From: Hemiscyllium ocellatum
Lineage: Eukaryota
Direction: 5' to 3'
Length of the DNA: 64,000 nucleotides
Assembly: GCF_020745735.1 (NCBI RefSeq)
Contig: NC_083442.1
Span: 8,682,576-8,746,575 of the forward strand
Each line of letters begins with the position of its first letter. The first letter of the stretch is position 1. Shown piece after piece: positions 63,536 through 64,000 of this stretch. The notes beneath the pieces were generated by a model. The model made no database searches. It had not been told where the DNA came from and saw only the letters and a program-made list of their open reading frames with translations. The translations under genes were made by a program, and so were the position numbers.

Positions 63536-64000
63536 AGTTAGTACTGAGCGAGGACCACATTGTCAGAGGGTCAGTAATGAAGGCATGCTGCACTGTTTGT
63601 CGGTCTGTGCAAAGGGAATGACGCAGTGTCGTTGGTTCATACTGAGGGAGTGCTACACTGTGAGTACGTCAGTACTGAGGGAGTGCTGCACTGCATGAGG
63701 TTCAGTACTCAGGGAAAGCCGCACTGTCAGAAGGTCAGCACCGAGGAAGTTCTGCAATATCAGGGGGTCTTTACTGAGTGAGTACTGCAATATCAATGGG
63801 TCAGTACTGAGGAACGCTGCAATGTCAAGAGGGTCAGTATTGACGGAGTGCTGCGCTGTCAGAGGGTCAGTGCTGCAGGAGTATTCCACTGTCATAATGT
63901 CTGTACTGAGGGAGCACTATAGTGTGAGAATGTCAGTACTGAGGGAGTGCTGCACTGTCAGAGGGTCAATATTTAGAAAGTGCTGCACTATCTGTGTGTC

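Larger units (their letters stand above)
56083..64000. repeat. 33-bp satellite array with higher-order structure, running off the window
   Basis: Consensus cagagggtcagtactgagggagtgctgcactgt, with an internal palindrome tcagtactga; more than 200 diverged monomers. Confidence 0.95.

Noticed and set aside
56083-64000. Cys/His-rich ORFs (LHCQRVSTEGV, RECCTVRGSVL repeats) as zinc-finger or metallothionein genes; CACTGTC as RSS heptamers; CRISPR-like array
   Set aside because: The 33-bp monomer equals 11 codons and creates ORFs in all frames. No nonamers accompany the heptamer-like motif, there are no unique spacers, and the DNA is eukaryotic.

Overview
This is eukaryotic DNA from a cartilaginous fish; a carpet shark (Orectolobiformes) is likely, inferred from the Cmu1 sequence and the HE1/V-SINE and CR1 repeat content. 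The main locus is one IgM heavy-chain minicluster on the minus strand: TATA (11514-11520), leader exon (11427-11379), VH exon (starts 11251), JH (10359-10312) and Cmu1 (749-444); the other C exons lie left of the window. The striking feature is that VH has no recombination signal of its own. It is fused in frame to D-like sequence ([10 protein letters not shown]) followed by a 12-spacer RSS, so V, D1 and D2 appear pre-joined (VDD-J) and only one RAG event to the 23-RSS-flanked J remains. The D-J interval holds a 159-bp Penelope-derived insertion with a 14-bp target-site duplication and a hammerhead-ribozyme core; an empty copy of its target site lies on the other side of J. Upstream are a ~590-bp inverted repeat, many CR1, Penelope and V-SINE remnants, a decayed Gmr1-type Ty3/Gypsy element (integrase before RT), solo LTRs, a head-to-head pair of C2H2 zinc-finger pseudogenes sharing a CpG-rich promoter, and ~8 kb of 33-bp satellite with higher-order structure. 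Ig coordinates were counted base by base. Most transposon boundaries and all identity estimates are approximate, by eye.
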